Assembly (NCBI GenBank): GCA_048885535.1
Contig: JBHLLO010000009.1
Coordinates: forward strand, 2,909-66,908
Length of the DNA stretch: 64,000 bases
Origin: Candidatus Hermodarchaeota archaeon
GTDB taxonomy: Archaea; Asgardarchaeota; Lokiarchaeia; Sigyniarchaeales; SOKP01
Reading direction: 5' to 3'
Part shown: piece after piece, positions 31,300 to 40,235 of the stretch
Position numbering within the stretch: position 1 is the stretch's first letter
Layout of the letters: each line of letters begins with the position of its first letter
Made by a program: the position numbers and the translations under genes
The notes under the pieces: generated by a model
Database searches by the model: none
Told to the model about the DNA's origin: nothing
The model's input: the letters and a program-made list of their open reading frames with translations, nothing else

Positions 31300-31974
31300 A
31301 TGAATTTAAAAATTGATATGCATATACACACTATGTATTCTGGAGATAGTGCCATCAAACCTTCAGAAGCTATAAGATATGCGAAAAAGATAGGATTAGA
31401 TGGTATTGCAATATGCGACCATGGAACATTTAAAGTTCACAAGGTTTTACAAAAAAGATATCATGATAAGCAAGTTATAATTATACCCGCTATGGAAATA
31501 GTCACACATATCGGAGAAGTAATAGCTCTTTTTATAGATAAAGAAATAGATATACAAGATAAAGATTTTTTTACCATTGTAGATAAAATAAAGGATAATA
31601 ATGGATTAATAATTATCCCTCATCCGTTTGATTTTTTACGCAAAACTCACATAAAGGTGAATCTACTTAATAAGAGAGTAATTGAACAATATATTGATGG
31701 AATCGAGATAATGAATTCTCGAATTATATTTAAAAATTGCATCAAACAAGCTCAAGATTTTAATAAAAAGTATAATTTATTTGAAGTTGGTGGATCTGAT
31801 GCACATTTCGTTAAAGAAATTGGAAATGGATATACTATAGTAAGGGATTGTGATAAAACAGAAGAAAGTATAAAGGAAAGTTTAATTAAAAATAAATCTG
31901 TAAGTAAAGGCAGACTATCGAGTCCATTAGTCCATCTAAAAACAAAATTATTTAAACTTAGAAAATTAATTTGA
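31300..31974 (+). CDS. PHP-domain metal-dependent phosphoesterase
   Basis: DMHIHT..SGD, ICDH, PHPF, GGSDAH. Confidence 0.92.
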   Translation: MNLKIDMHIHTMYSGDSAIKPSEAIRYAKKIGLDGIAICDHGTFKVHKVLQKRYHDKQVIIIPAMEIVTHIGEVIALFIDKEIDIQDKDFFTIVDKIKDNNGLIIIPHPFDFLRKTHIKVNLLNKRVIEQYIDGIEIMNSRIIFKNCIKQAQDFNKKYNLFEVGGSDAHFVKEIGNGYTIVRDCDKTEESIKESLIKNKSVSKGRLSSPLVHLKTKLFKLRKLI

Positions 31975-32106
31975 TTAGGTGTTTAAAGTCACCTAGAACA
32001 ATAACTTCTTTTAACTAAGTCATAGCTTTGGAGGATTTCTAAATATTAAAAACAAGCTAAGTGCTAAAGGTGAGTTATGTGAAATATAGAAAAAAAAATG
32101 AATTGA

Positions 32107-32619
32107 TTATTTCTTTTTTAACTTTTTAATTAGAGTTATTATCATTACCATACTCGTTATTCCAATTGTCAATCCAATTAAAATTATCGGATAACCAGAT
32201 ATAAATGGAGTGTAACCTTGTATTGGATATACATTAAATAATACTGTATCGTTTACGTTGCTATTGTAATAATCGCTAACTACTAAATAATATTCTCCAT
32301 CAAGTGTGTGAGAGATAGGGAAAGTCCAATTGTATGAACCAAGATTTACCGTCATAGATGTAACAATATACTCTATAGTTGTCATAGATAAATTATATAT
32401 ATTAATTGATACATAAGGGATAGTTCCTGTATAATCCCAATCAACATGATACCTATTAGTTACAAAACTACAACCAACACATCCATAACTAGTAATATTT
32501 ATGCTTTCTTGTGCTACTGTTTGAGTTGCTATTAATGAGGAAGATAATAGAAACGCAATTGATATTAAGAAGATTAATTTTGAAGCTGTTTTCTTTTTCA
32601 AATTTATACACTTTTGCAT
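32107..32619 (-). CDS. Secreted/surface protein with Loki-CTERM-like C-terminal anchor
   Basis: Signal peptide; Ig-like region (GSYNWT...GEYYLVV); tail ISGYP + TM + KKLKKK. Confidence 0.75.
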   Translation of the reverse strand: MQKCINLKKKTASKLIFLISIAFLLSSSLIATQTVAQESINITSYGCVGCSFVTNRYHVDWDYTGTIPYVSINIYNLSMTTIEYIVTSMTVNLGSYNWTFPISHTLDGEYYLVVSDYYNSNVNDTVLFNVYPIQGYTPFISGYPIILIGLTIGITSMVMIITLIKKLKKK

Positions 32620-32712
32620 GTGTTATTGAATTTTCTTTTAAATTGGATATGGTATTATTTAATACTTAAATATTTAACATTTTTGTAATTACTAAGCAAG
32701 ACAATTTTAAAT

Positions 32713-33498
32713 CTAACTTATAATTAAGCCTATTAGGGATGTGACAATAGATTTCACGCTTATTATAAACAAAAAACAGAAAATAATTAATTGGAATAAT
32801 TTAATAGAAATCTTAGGAGTTATTTTGTGACCTATTTTTGTACCGATTAAAATTATAGGAAATGCCAATAAAACCACATAAATTAACTCAATTGGAAACA
32901 CTCCTCCAAATAAATAAAAAGGAATTCTAGAAATAGATAACACTGTACCTATTGCACCAAAATTTCCAATGAAATCTTCTTTAACGTGTCCTGTTTTTTC
33001 TAGTAAAACTACGTTAAGAGGTCCTGCAGCACTTATTAAACCGGTAAGCAGGCCATAGGTAAATCCACCGAAGAGAATAATGGGAGAGGATGACACAATC
33101 ACTTGTTTTGATTCAGACTGAGTTGAGTTTTTAGTATAAACAATGATTTTAAAAGTAGAATAAATCAAAACAAAAATTCCAAAAACTAATTCAATCCATT
33201 CTGTCCTAATGTTTATGATTAAAAATGTCCCTAAAATAGTTGCTGGAACACCTAAAGACAAAAAACGGAAGAAATATGCTTTATCTAAGTATTTTCGATA
33301 TTTAATGAAGTTAATTAAAGCTGGGAATAATCCCCAAATATTCACTAATATTACTGCTACTTTAATTCCATTATCAATTATTAGCAAATCAATTATGGGG
33401 GTTATAATAGGAATTAAGATCAAGGCATCTCCAAAACCAATTATCCCATATACCATACTTGAGAAAAAGATTGGAATTAGAAGTAAATATTCTAACAT
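32713..33498 (-). CDS. TauE/SafE (TSUP) family membrane protein
   Basis: GIIGFGDALILIP, GLLTGLISAAGP, ~8 TM segments. Confidence 0.88.
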   Translation of the reverse strand: MLEYLLLIPIFFSSMVYGIIGFGDALILIPIITPIIDLLIIDNGIKVAVILVNIWGLFPALINFIKYRKYLDKAYFFRFLSLGVPATILGTFLIINIRTEWIELVFGIFVLIYSTFKIIVYTKNSTQSESKQVIVSSSPIILFGGFTYGLLTGLISAAGPLNVVLLEKTGHVKEDFIGNFGAIGTVLSISRIPFYLFGGVFPIELIYVVLLAFPIILIGTKIGHKITPKISIKLFQLIIFCFLFIISVKSIVTSLIGLIIS

Positions 33499-33597
33499 AA
33501 TTAAGAACTCTCATTCCCCTAAATTGACTTTGAAAATTTAATTAAAAATTTAAGTTTTTATTATTCAAGGATAGAGATTTATAGATACAAAATAACA

Positions 33598-34335
33598 TTA
33601 TAAATCATCTAGTTTCTTTTGAACAGAACGATGATATTTCCCAAATAATAACTTTTTATTTTTTTCGATAAATTTCCAACTAAATCCTTTCAAATTGCTC
33701 AAAGGCCCTTCAATTCCTTTAGGATTCCCGGTTCTTGTGTAAGTAATTTCACTATGTTTTATTGCTTTAATAACCTTATGAGGAGTTTTGTATTGCTCAA
33801 TCAAAGTCTTTGCTTTTTTTGGGCCAATATCAATAAGTCCTTCTACAACAAAAGTCCTTCTTTCTTCAAGACTCATCCCCTTTGGTGCTTTCCGAGCTAG
33901 TAAAGGCACACCATCCTTGATTTGTTCCCTATATGCTATACGTTCAACAACTACCGCTGTGTCTTCGACATTTCTAGTAGGAATAATTGAAACCCCTAAT
34001 TTGTATGATACAAAGGCAAGAGCACCATAAATGGAAGAAATATTCATTCCTACATTGTCAAAAACATCATCATTTAAACCCTCAATAATTAAAATGGGAG
34101 TGATATAGGTTTCTTTTAACCTCATCATTTGTTCGAATAATCGATTATCCATAATTGAAGATACAAAATCGAATCCCTCTTTTCTTTCTATTGCCACTTC
34201 ATTGGAAACTATGATGTCAGCTATATCCAATTGTTTAGTTTCATAAGTGATTCGATCTTTCTTACTTTCAAATATTTTGACTAATTTTTGTTCCCTATTA
34301 TCAATAATAATGTGCGATATTTTATTTTGGACCAT
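33598..34335 (-). CDS. xpf: Short-form XPF/ERCC4 structure-specific nuclease
   Basis: IIDNRE, ADIIV...AIERK...DF..SI.D.RL..Q; HhH GLIDIGPKKA; C-terminal PIP-like QKKLDDL. Confidence 0.9.
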   Translation of the reverse strand: MVQNKISHIIIDNREQKLVKIFESKKDRITYETKQLDIADIIVSNEVAIERKEGFDFVSSIMDNRLFEQMMRLKETYITPILIIEGLNDDVFDNVGMNISSIYGALAFVSYKLGVSIIPTRNVEDTAVVVERIAYREQIKDGVPLLARKAPKGMSLEERRTFVVEGLIDIGPKKAKTLIEQYKTPHKVIKAIKHSEITYTRTGNPKGIEGPLSNLKGFSWKFIEKNKKLLFGKYHRSVQKKLDDL

Positions 34336-34892
34336 TATTCACTCAATTTTTTTCCATCCAGTTCTAATTCTATTTGAGAACTTTTAAATAAAAAATCTTT
34401 GAATTGCTTAAATCTATATAATTTGTTATTTATAAAAATAAAACTCAAAATCGCAAATCCAATAATTTCACTAACATAATTAAATGGTTGATTTAAGAGT
34501 TCAGTTAACCATGAACTAAATGGATCATCCAAATAAAAAAATTGATAGGGGATAAATGGAAATAATATAGGTACGTCTGGTAAATCCAGCAATAAATGGA
34601 TGAGACTCCCTATAAAATAAGATAAAGTAATTACTTTATTTGACTTAGTTATTACATAAATTATTAGAGAGCTAATCAAGACGAAAAGAAGTGTATGACA
34701 ATAACCTCTTCCAGAACTGATTCCTAAAAACATAAGAGACTTATCAATCACGTCAGGAATTAGTGATCCAATAATTAAAGCTAGTCTGTTAACTTGGAAT
34801 CTTTTTTTAATTTGAGGAAATTCAAAAAGTAGTAATGGGATGGCAAGGTGAAATAGTGGATAAATAATTATCACTCCAAAATTAAAATCCAT
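34335..34892 (-). CDS. Membrane-bound metal-dependent hydrolase (YdjM-like)
   Basis: H..., GSLIPDVIDK, RGYCHT, HLLLD. Confidence 0.82.
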   Translation of the reverse strand: MDFNFGVIIIYPLFHLAIPLLLFEFPQIKKRFQVNRLALIIGSLIPDVIDKSLMFLGISSGRGYCHTLLFVLISSLIIYVITKSNKVITLSYFIGSLIHLLLDLPDVPILFPFIPYQFFYLDDPFSSWLTELLNQPFNYVSEIIGFAILSFIFINNKLYRFKQFKDFLFKSSQIELELDGKKLSE

Positions 34893-35052
34893 ATAAAAAT
34901 CTAAAAAATAATATTATTTCTGGCAGAAAGAATATAATTATTGAAATAATAATGAACTCAATAGAGATTTTTAAAGCTCTTTTTATTAGATAAGTGTATG
35001 AAATAACTTTGTGTTCCTTGGTGTCTGACATAGTTTAAATTTATTATTTTTA

Positions 35053-35850
35053 TTAAAACTTAAATTCCTTTAGAATTTCTTCTACAGTATAATTTTGATG
35101 GACTATTTTTGTTAAAGCACTGACCAACTTTGTCGGATCGTCTGATTGAAACACATTTCTACCAAATGCTACTCCAATACCTCCTGCTTGAACTGAATCA
35201 TAAGCAACTTGGAGTAAATCAACGATTGTTTCCATTTTGGGTCCTCCTGCTATTAATACAGGGACAGGAACACTTTTTACAATGTATTTAAAAGAATCAA
35301 TATCTCCAGTATAATTAGTTTTAACGATATCCGCTCCTAATTCGGCTCCGACTCTAACAGCAATATTCACTACTTCTGGATCATTCTCATTAGTGATTTT
35401 TTGACCTCTGGGATACATCATTGCTAGAAGTGGTATTCCCCATTCTCTTGCACTTTCTATAACTTTTTGAGCATCTTGAAGCATTTGGGGTTCCTCATCC
35501 GCTCCGATATTGATGTGAATTGAAACAGCATCAGCGCCTACTTTTAGCGCACTTTCTACGGAGCACACTAATACTTTTCGATCTGGATCTGGCGCTAAAT
35601 TTGTGGCTCCTGATAAATGAATAATCAGTCCTATATCCTTACCATATTTTCGATGTCCTGCTTCAACCATTCCTGAATGCATTAAAACTGCGTTTGCTCC
35701 ACCTAAAGCAACTTTTTCTACCATACTTGCTAAATCTTCCAACCCTTTAATTGTTCCTAAGGTCAATCCATGATCCATTGGAATTATAATGGTTCTTTTT
35801 GTCTTTCGGTCTATTATTCGTTCAATTCTGATGTTCTTTCCAACATTCAA
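35053..35850 (-). CDS. Class I aldolase, DhnA family (2-amino-3,7-dideoxy-D-threo-hept-6-ulosonate synthase / archaeal FBP aldolase)
   Basis: [22 protein letters not shown] (Schiff-base Lys), AGGPK, GRNVFQ. Confidence 0.9.
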   Translation of the reverse strand: MNVGKNIRIERIIDRKTKRTIIIPMDHGLTLGTIKGLEDLASMVEKVALGGANAVLMHSGMVEAGHRKYGKDIGLIIHLSGATNLAPDPDRKVLVCSVESALKVGADAVSIHINIGADEEPQMLQDAQKVIESAREWGIPLLAMMYPRGQKITNENDPEVVNIAVRVGAELGADIVKTNYTGDIDSFKYIVKSVPVPVLIAGGPKMETIVDLLQVAYDSVQAGGIGVAFGRNVFQSDDPTKLVSALTKIVHQNYTVEEILKEFKF

Positions 35851-35942
35851 GTATAAAGCACTTTTTCTTTAAAATAATAATAAGTTATTCACAATTAATG
35901 AGAATTAACATTTAAAATTATATAAATCCAAAAAGAAGATAG

Positions 35943-37514
35943 TTACCAAGGTCTTCTAAGAGTAGTCATTCTACTCATAGCAGATTTGTTGGGATAATCT
36001 AAATTATAATGAATCCCCCGACTTTCCTTTCTAGAGATTGCACTTACTATGATTAATTTAGCAACAGTTGCTAGATTTCTTAATTCAAGTAGATCCCTTT
36101 CAATTTTAAAATCCCAATAATATTGGTTTATTTCATCTTGTAATAAATTTATACGCTTTTTAGCGCGTTGAAGACTCTTGTCAGTTCGGACAATTCCAAC
36201 GAAGTTTGTCATAAAGTGTCTAATTTCATTCCAATTCTGAGTAATTACAACTGCTTCAGTTGAAGGTACAGCATTTCCAGGTTCCCATTCTGGAAATTCA
36301 ATAGTTTTTAAATTTTTCATTCCCTTAGCTATTGTTTTAGCACATTCATGAGCACACACTAAACTCTCCACTAAACTATTAGAGGCGAGTCTGTTAGCCC
36401 CATGTAATCCCGTGCATGCTGATTCTCCTATTACATACAAATTTTTAACTTTAGTAGAACCATCTAATTTTGTAAGTACTCCGCCACAACAATAATGTGC
36501 GGCTGGGACGACGGGTATAGGATCTTTCGTAATATCTATATTAAACTGCATACAAGTTTCATAAACACCAGGAAAATGTGCTTTAATAAATTCAGGGCTT
36601 TTGTATGATGCAATATCTAGTAATACATAATCATCTCCTGATTTTTTAAGCTCAGAATCAATCGCTCGAGAAACTACATCACGAGGGGCTAATTCCTTTA
36701 ATGGATGGTACTTTTCCATAAACAGATTTCCATCCATATCCATTAATATTGCCCCTTCTCCACGTATTGCTTCTGTTATTAGAAATGACTTTGCATAAGG
36801 ATGATAAAGACATGTAGGATGAAATTGATAGAATTCCATATTTGCAATTATAGCTCCAGCTCGATATGCCATAGCAATTCCATCTCCAGAGGCCACATCT
36901 GGGTTTGTTGTATATAAATAAATTTTACCTGCACCACCAGTAGCTAAAACAGTTATCTTAGAAGCAATATTATGAATTTCATCAGAATTTTGATCCAAGA
37001 CATATAATCCATCGCATCTAAAGTTGTTTGAGAATAAGTTAATTCCGACCCAATATTCCTTAATCTCAATATTAACATACTTTTTTACTTCTTCAATTAG
37101 TTTTAATGCTATATTTTGGCCTGTTAAATCGTTTACGTGAAGAACTCTTCTTTCGGAATGTCCCCCTTCCTTTCCAAGATCGTAATGTCCATCTGCATTT
37201 CGAGTAAATTCAACACCTAAATCAATTAATTCTTTTATCATTTCTGGTGCTTGAGTAATTATCTTTCTAACAATATTTTCGTCACATAAACCGTCTCCAG
37301 CTAGTATTGTATCCTGAATATGTTTTTCAAAATTATCATTTTCATTCCATACGCAAGCAATTCCTCCTTGAGCATAAAATGTATTAGATTCTTTCAACCC
37401 TTCCTTTGTAATTATCAGAATATTCTGATCTGGAGCTAACTGTGCTAATTTAATTGCCAATGTTAACCCAGAGATTCCTCCTCCAACGATTAAAATATCA
37501 GTTTTAAGCTTCAA
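35943..37514 (-). CDS. nadB: L-aspartate oxidase
   Basis: GGGISG, SNTFYAQGGIA, EGGHSERR, QFHPT, LAPRDVVSR, AAHYCCGG, HGANRLASNSL, ESRGIH. Confidence 0.95.
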   Translation of the reverse strand: MKLKTDILIVGGGISGLTLAIKLAQLAPDQNILIITKEGLKESNTFYAQGGIACVWNENDNFEKHIQDTILAGDGLCDENIVRKIITQAPEMIKELIDLGVEFTRNADGHYDLGKEGGHSERRVLHVNDLTGQNIALKLIEEVKKYVNIEIKEYWVGINLFSNNFRCDGLYVLDQNSDEIHNIASKITVLATGGAGKIYLYTTNPDVASGDGIAMAYRAGAIIANMEFYQFHPTCLYHPYAKSFLITEAIRGEGAILMDMDGNLFMEKYHPLKELAPRDVVSRAIDSELKKSGDDYVLLDIASYKSPEFIKAHFPGVYETCMQFNIDITKDPIPVVPAAHYCCGGVLTKLDGSTKVKNLYVIGESACTGLHGANRLASNSLVESLVCAHECAKTIAKGMKNLKTIEFPEWEPGNAVPSTEAVVITQNWNEIRHFMTNFVGIVRTDKSLQRAKKRINLLQDEINQYYWDFKIERDLLELRNLATVAKLIIVSAISRKESRGIHYNLDYPNKSAMSRMTTLRRPW

Positions 37515-37636
37515 AGAAATCTTTTTAATAAATTCGAAAAAGAATATTAAAATACCAAAATGAAATTAAAATTTTATATCTTTTTGAAAAGACCATCAAA
37601 ATTTTTTTTAAATTTATAATTTTATCTAAATAGATT

Positions 37637-38161
37637 ATGGGAAAAATAAAGAATGTACTCTTTGTCTGTAGTGGAAATAATTAATAATTAACCATAAATA
37701 CTGCAAGGAGTCCCGCAGCAGAATATCTCTCGAAATGGTTAAAAGAAACAAAATTCAAAAAGGAGTTAAAAGATGTACATTTTCATTCTGCTGGTCTTTA
37801 TAGTTATTACAAGACTCCTCAAGAAGGCACAGCTAATTATCTTGAATCAAAAGGAATTGATTTCAGTGATTTCAAAGGAAAAGAGATTACTGAAGAATTA
37901 CTGAAAAAGCAGGATTTAATCTTAGGTTTTGAAGACAAATGGCATATTAGAAAATTAAAAAGAAGATTCAAAAATCTTAAAGAATTAGATAATAAAGTTT
38001 TCTTGTTATTAGATTTTGCTGGAGAAAAAGGAGACCTCGAAATCCCAGATCCTATGAATTTTGAACCGGAACAGTATAGGAAAATAATTGGAAAAATTGA
38101 AAAGGCATTAATAAAAGTATTACAAAAAATAATCGAAATTAATGAATCTGATCAAAAGTGA
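37637..38161 (+). CDS. Low-molecular-weight protein phosphatase (LMW-PTP/YwlE-like), interrupted by a 21-nt putative BHB intron; 167 aa if spliced. Absent from the ORF track.
   Basis: MGKIKNVLFVCSGN-[insert with TAA TAA]-TARSPAAEYL...SAG...QDLILGFE...IPDPM...; the frame downstream of the insert is intact to TGA 38159-38161. Confidence 0.85.
37677..37697 (+). other. Putative bulge-helix-bulge (EndA-type) intron in mRNA, 21 nt (ATAATTAATAATTAACCATAA)
   Basis: Central 4-bp helix GUGG(37671-74)/CCAU(37692-95); 3-nt bulges AAA(37675-77) and AAA(37696-98); exon stems GUA/UAC and ACUCUUUGU(37657-65)/GCAAGGAGU(37703-11); internal AU hairpin. Cutting after bulge nucleotide 2 restores AGT GGA AAT ACT GCA. 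Confidence 0.75.
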
Positions 38162-38634
38162 AAAAAATTAAGAAATTACTCTTTGTTTGTGCGGGGAATA
38201 CAGCAAGAAGTCCTGCAGCGGAGTATTTAGCAAAATTCTATGCTCAGAAACATAATCTGGATATTTATATAGACTCTTGTGGATTCTTTAACGCTTTTTC
38301 TTATATGCAACCGGAATCTCAAGAATATTTGAATTCTAAAGCCATAAACCATTCAGATTTTAGACCTAAAATTATTAATAAGAATTTATTGGAGGAACAA
38401 GATTTAATTTTAACAATGGAGCACTCTCAGTTAATTGAAATAATTACAGATTATTCTAATGTTAAAGACATTGAAAAGAAAACTTTTACATTGAAACAAT
38501 TTAATGGAAATTCAACTGATCTAGATATTATTGACCCTTATTATACTAGTTCAGCTACATATGCAAAGATTCTAAAGATTATTGATATTAATATTGAAAA
38601 ATTAATTCAAAAAATCATAGAGTTGAATAGATAG
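38158..38634 (+). CDS. Low-molecular-weight protein phosphatase (intronless tandem paralog)
   Basis: LLFVCAGNTARSPAAE, DSCG, DLILTME, IIDPY; GTGA overlap with the upstream paralog. Confidence 0.92.
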   Translation: MKKIKKLLFVCAGNTARSPAAEYLAKFYAQKHNLDIYIDSCGFFNAFSYMQPESQEYLNSKAINHSDFRPKIINKNLLEEQDLILTMEHSQLIEIITDYSNVKDIEKKTFTLKQFNGNSTDLDIIDPYYTSSATYAKILKIIDINIEKLIQKIIELNR

Positions 38635-38717
38635 ATTTTCTTATACAAAAAAGTAAAAATCGTAGTTGATTTTATATAAGTTATTTAAAGGTCCAAAAAA
38701 GTATAAATATCAAATTT

Positions 38718-39275
38718 TTGGATAAATATTTAATGAATAAAATTACTGTCAATAATACTACTATAGAAATACTTATTAATGATATAGTTTCTACTGACAG
38801 TGATGCTATAGTCATTCCAACTAATAGTAAACTCTTACCTAGTGGAACTTTAAGATGCAAAGTATTACGAGGAGCAGGTTCGAAAGTACAGGTCGAATGT
38901 AATAAGATAATCCAGCAAATCTCAAATATTCCCTTAGGAAAAGCAGTTATAACTTCCGGAGGGAACCTTAAGACTAAATATATAATCCATACTCGGGCGG
39001 GTCATGATAAAAAGAAATTAATGTTATCTACATGGAATGCATTAAAGTTAGCTGATCAGAAACAAATAAGATCAATCTCTTTTCCTCCGCTTTCAATGGA
39101 TGTTATTATCTTTAATGCTCAAATTTGTGCTGAAATAATACTTTCAACAATAAAAAAATATCTCTCTGAAACTAATTCGAATATTCGAAATATTATGGTT
39201 TATCTTGAAACCCTTCCTGATTATAAAGACTTTGAAAGGATTTTGGAAAAATTAAATCCGGAACTTTCTATGTAA
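38718..39275 (+). CDS. Macro-domain protein with degenerate ADP-ribose pocket
   Basis: DI...DSDAIV..., GKAVITSGGNLKTKYIIH, SISFP; canonical NAAN/GGG/GIFG motifs are replaced. Confidence 0.85.
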   Translation: MDKYLMNKITVNNTTIEILINDIVSTDSDAIVIPTNSKLLPSGTLRCKVLRGAGSKVQVECNKIIQQISNIPLGKAVITSGGNLKTKYIIHTRAGHDKKKLMLSTWNALKLADQKQIRSISFPPLSMDVIIFNAQICAEIILSTIKKYLSETNSNIRNIMVYLETLPDYKDFERILEKLNPELSM

Positions 39276-39298
39276 AAATAAAATGGTTATTAAAGGTC

Positions 39299-39901
39299 TT
39301 AATCCTTTTTGAAAAAATTCTTCTTAGATAAAATATCCAGTTCAGAAATTAGCCAACATACTTCTTCATAAGTTGCTGATGATTTGAATATTTCCTCTGC
39401 CTTCTTCTTAATTTGATTTTCAGTTATTTTTCCTTTTATAATAGATAGTTGCATGCTTGCAAGTTTCCTGCATAATTCTTTATAATCATTATTTTTCTGA
39501 GCAAGCTCATAAGCTGCTAAATTTATCTCAGCTATTAAATCTGGCTCAAGACCTGCTTCTATAAGTTCTTTAGTATCCTCAATTTCTAACTCTAATTCAG
39601 GACGTATTTCAGTGTCATTACTTTTAACTCCCTTTGTTTTATAAACATCCATTATAGCTAGAAATCCTCCGTATTCTTGATTTTGTTTAACGATTTGAAT
39701 TTTTGCTAAATTATTCCTTTCTTCATTAAGCTTTTTAGCCCTGTTGATACTTAAATCCTTTTTCTTTTTAGAGGCTTTTTGACCATGCCATAAATATATG
39801 ATGTTATTATTATCAATAAGATAAACTCTAGTACTATCTTCGAAATTTAATTTTATAGTCTTTCGCAATGATCCATTCTCTGCAACATTATAAAAAAGCA
39901 T
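39299..39901 (-). CDS. Single-domain gelsolin-like protein with helical C-terminal domain
   Basis: VYLIDNNNIIYLWHGQKAS...A..L...R......VKQNQE...FL (gelsolin/villin pattern); C-terminal helical region with a repeated Y.E(L/V)C motif. Confidence 0.85.
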   Translation of the reverse strand: MLFYNVAENGSLRKTIKLNFEDSTRVYLIDNNNIIYLWHGQKASKKKKDLSINRAKKLNEERNNLAKIQIVKQNQEYGGFLAIMDVYKTKGVKSNDTEIRPELELEIEDTKELIEAGLEPDLIAEINLAAYELAQKNNDYKELCRKLASMQLSIIKGKITENQIKKKAEEIFKSSATYEEVCWLISELDILSKKNFFKKD

Positions 39902-40235
39902 ATACTTCGATTTTCAGTTTTTACTATTATTATAGAAATAGTCAAACTTATTTTTAATTTTAAAGAAAAAAAAAAATTATTACTCACACTTATCTGTATT
40001 TATGTTACAAAAATTTAAAGCTGAAACAATATCTTCCTTACCTATTAACCCTAAAATGTAATCAGCTTTTGATTGAAAAGTTTGAAAATTTCAAAATTAA
40101 CAATTCTTTTTAAGAAATAGATCATCATGTTGACTTTAAAGATAAATAAAATGTCAAAAGTTATAAAAAAAATACGATTTAATTATTTGTTGAAATTAAT
40201 ATCTAAAAATTAATGAAATGAGGTTTTAAGTTAAA

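Noticed and set aside
37682-37687. Stop-codon recoding (Sec/Pyl) as the explanation for the interrupted phosphatase
   Set aside because: The stops are TAA TAA, not TGA or TAG, and read-through would leave seven extra residues in the CX5R loop.
37675-37700. Reading the 21-nt insert as a transposon footprint (AAATA direct repeat) in a dead gene
   Set aside because: Not excluded but disfavoured: the repeat follows from two AAA bulges each followed by UA, the 4-bp helix and cut positions fit BHB rules exactly, and the downstream frame shows no decay.
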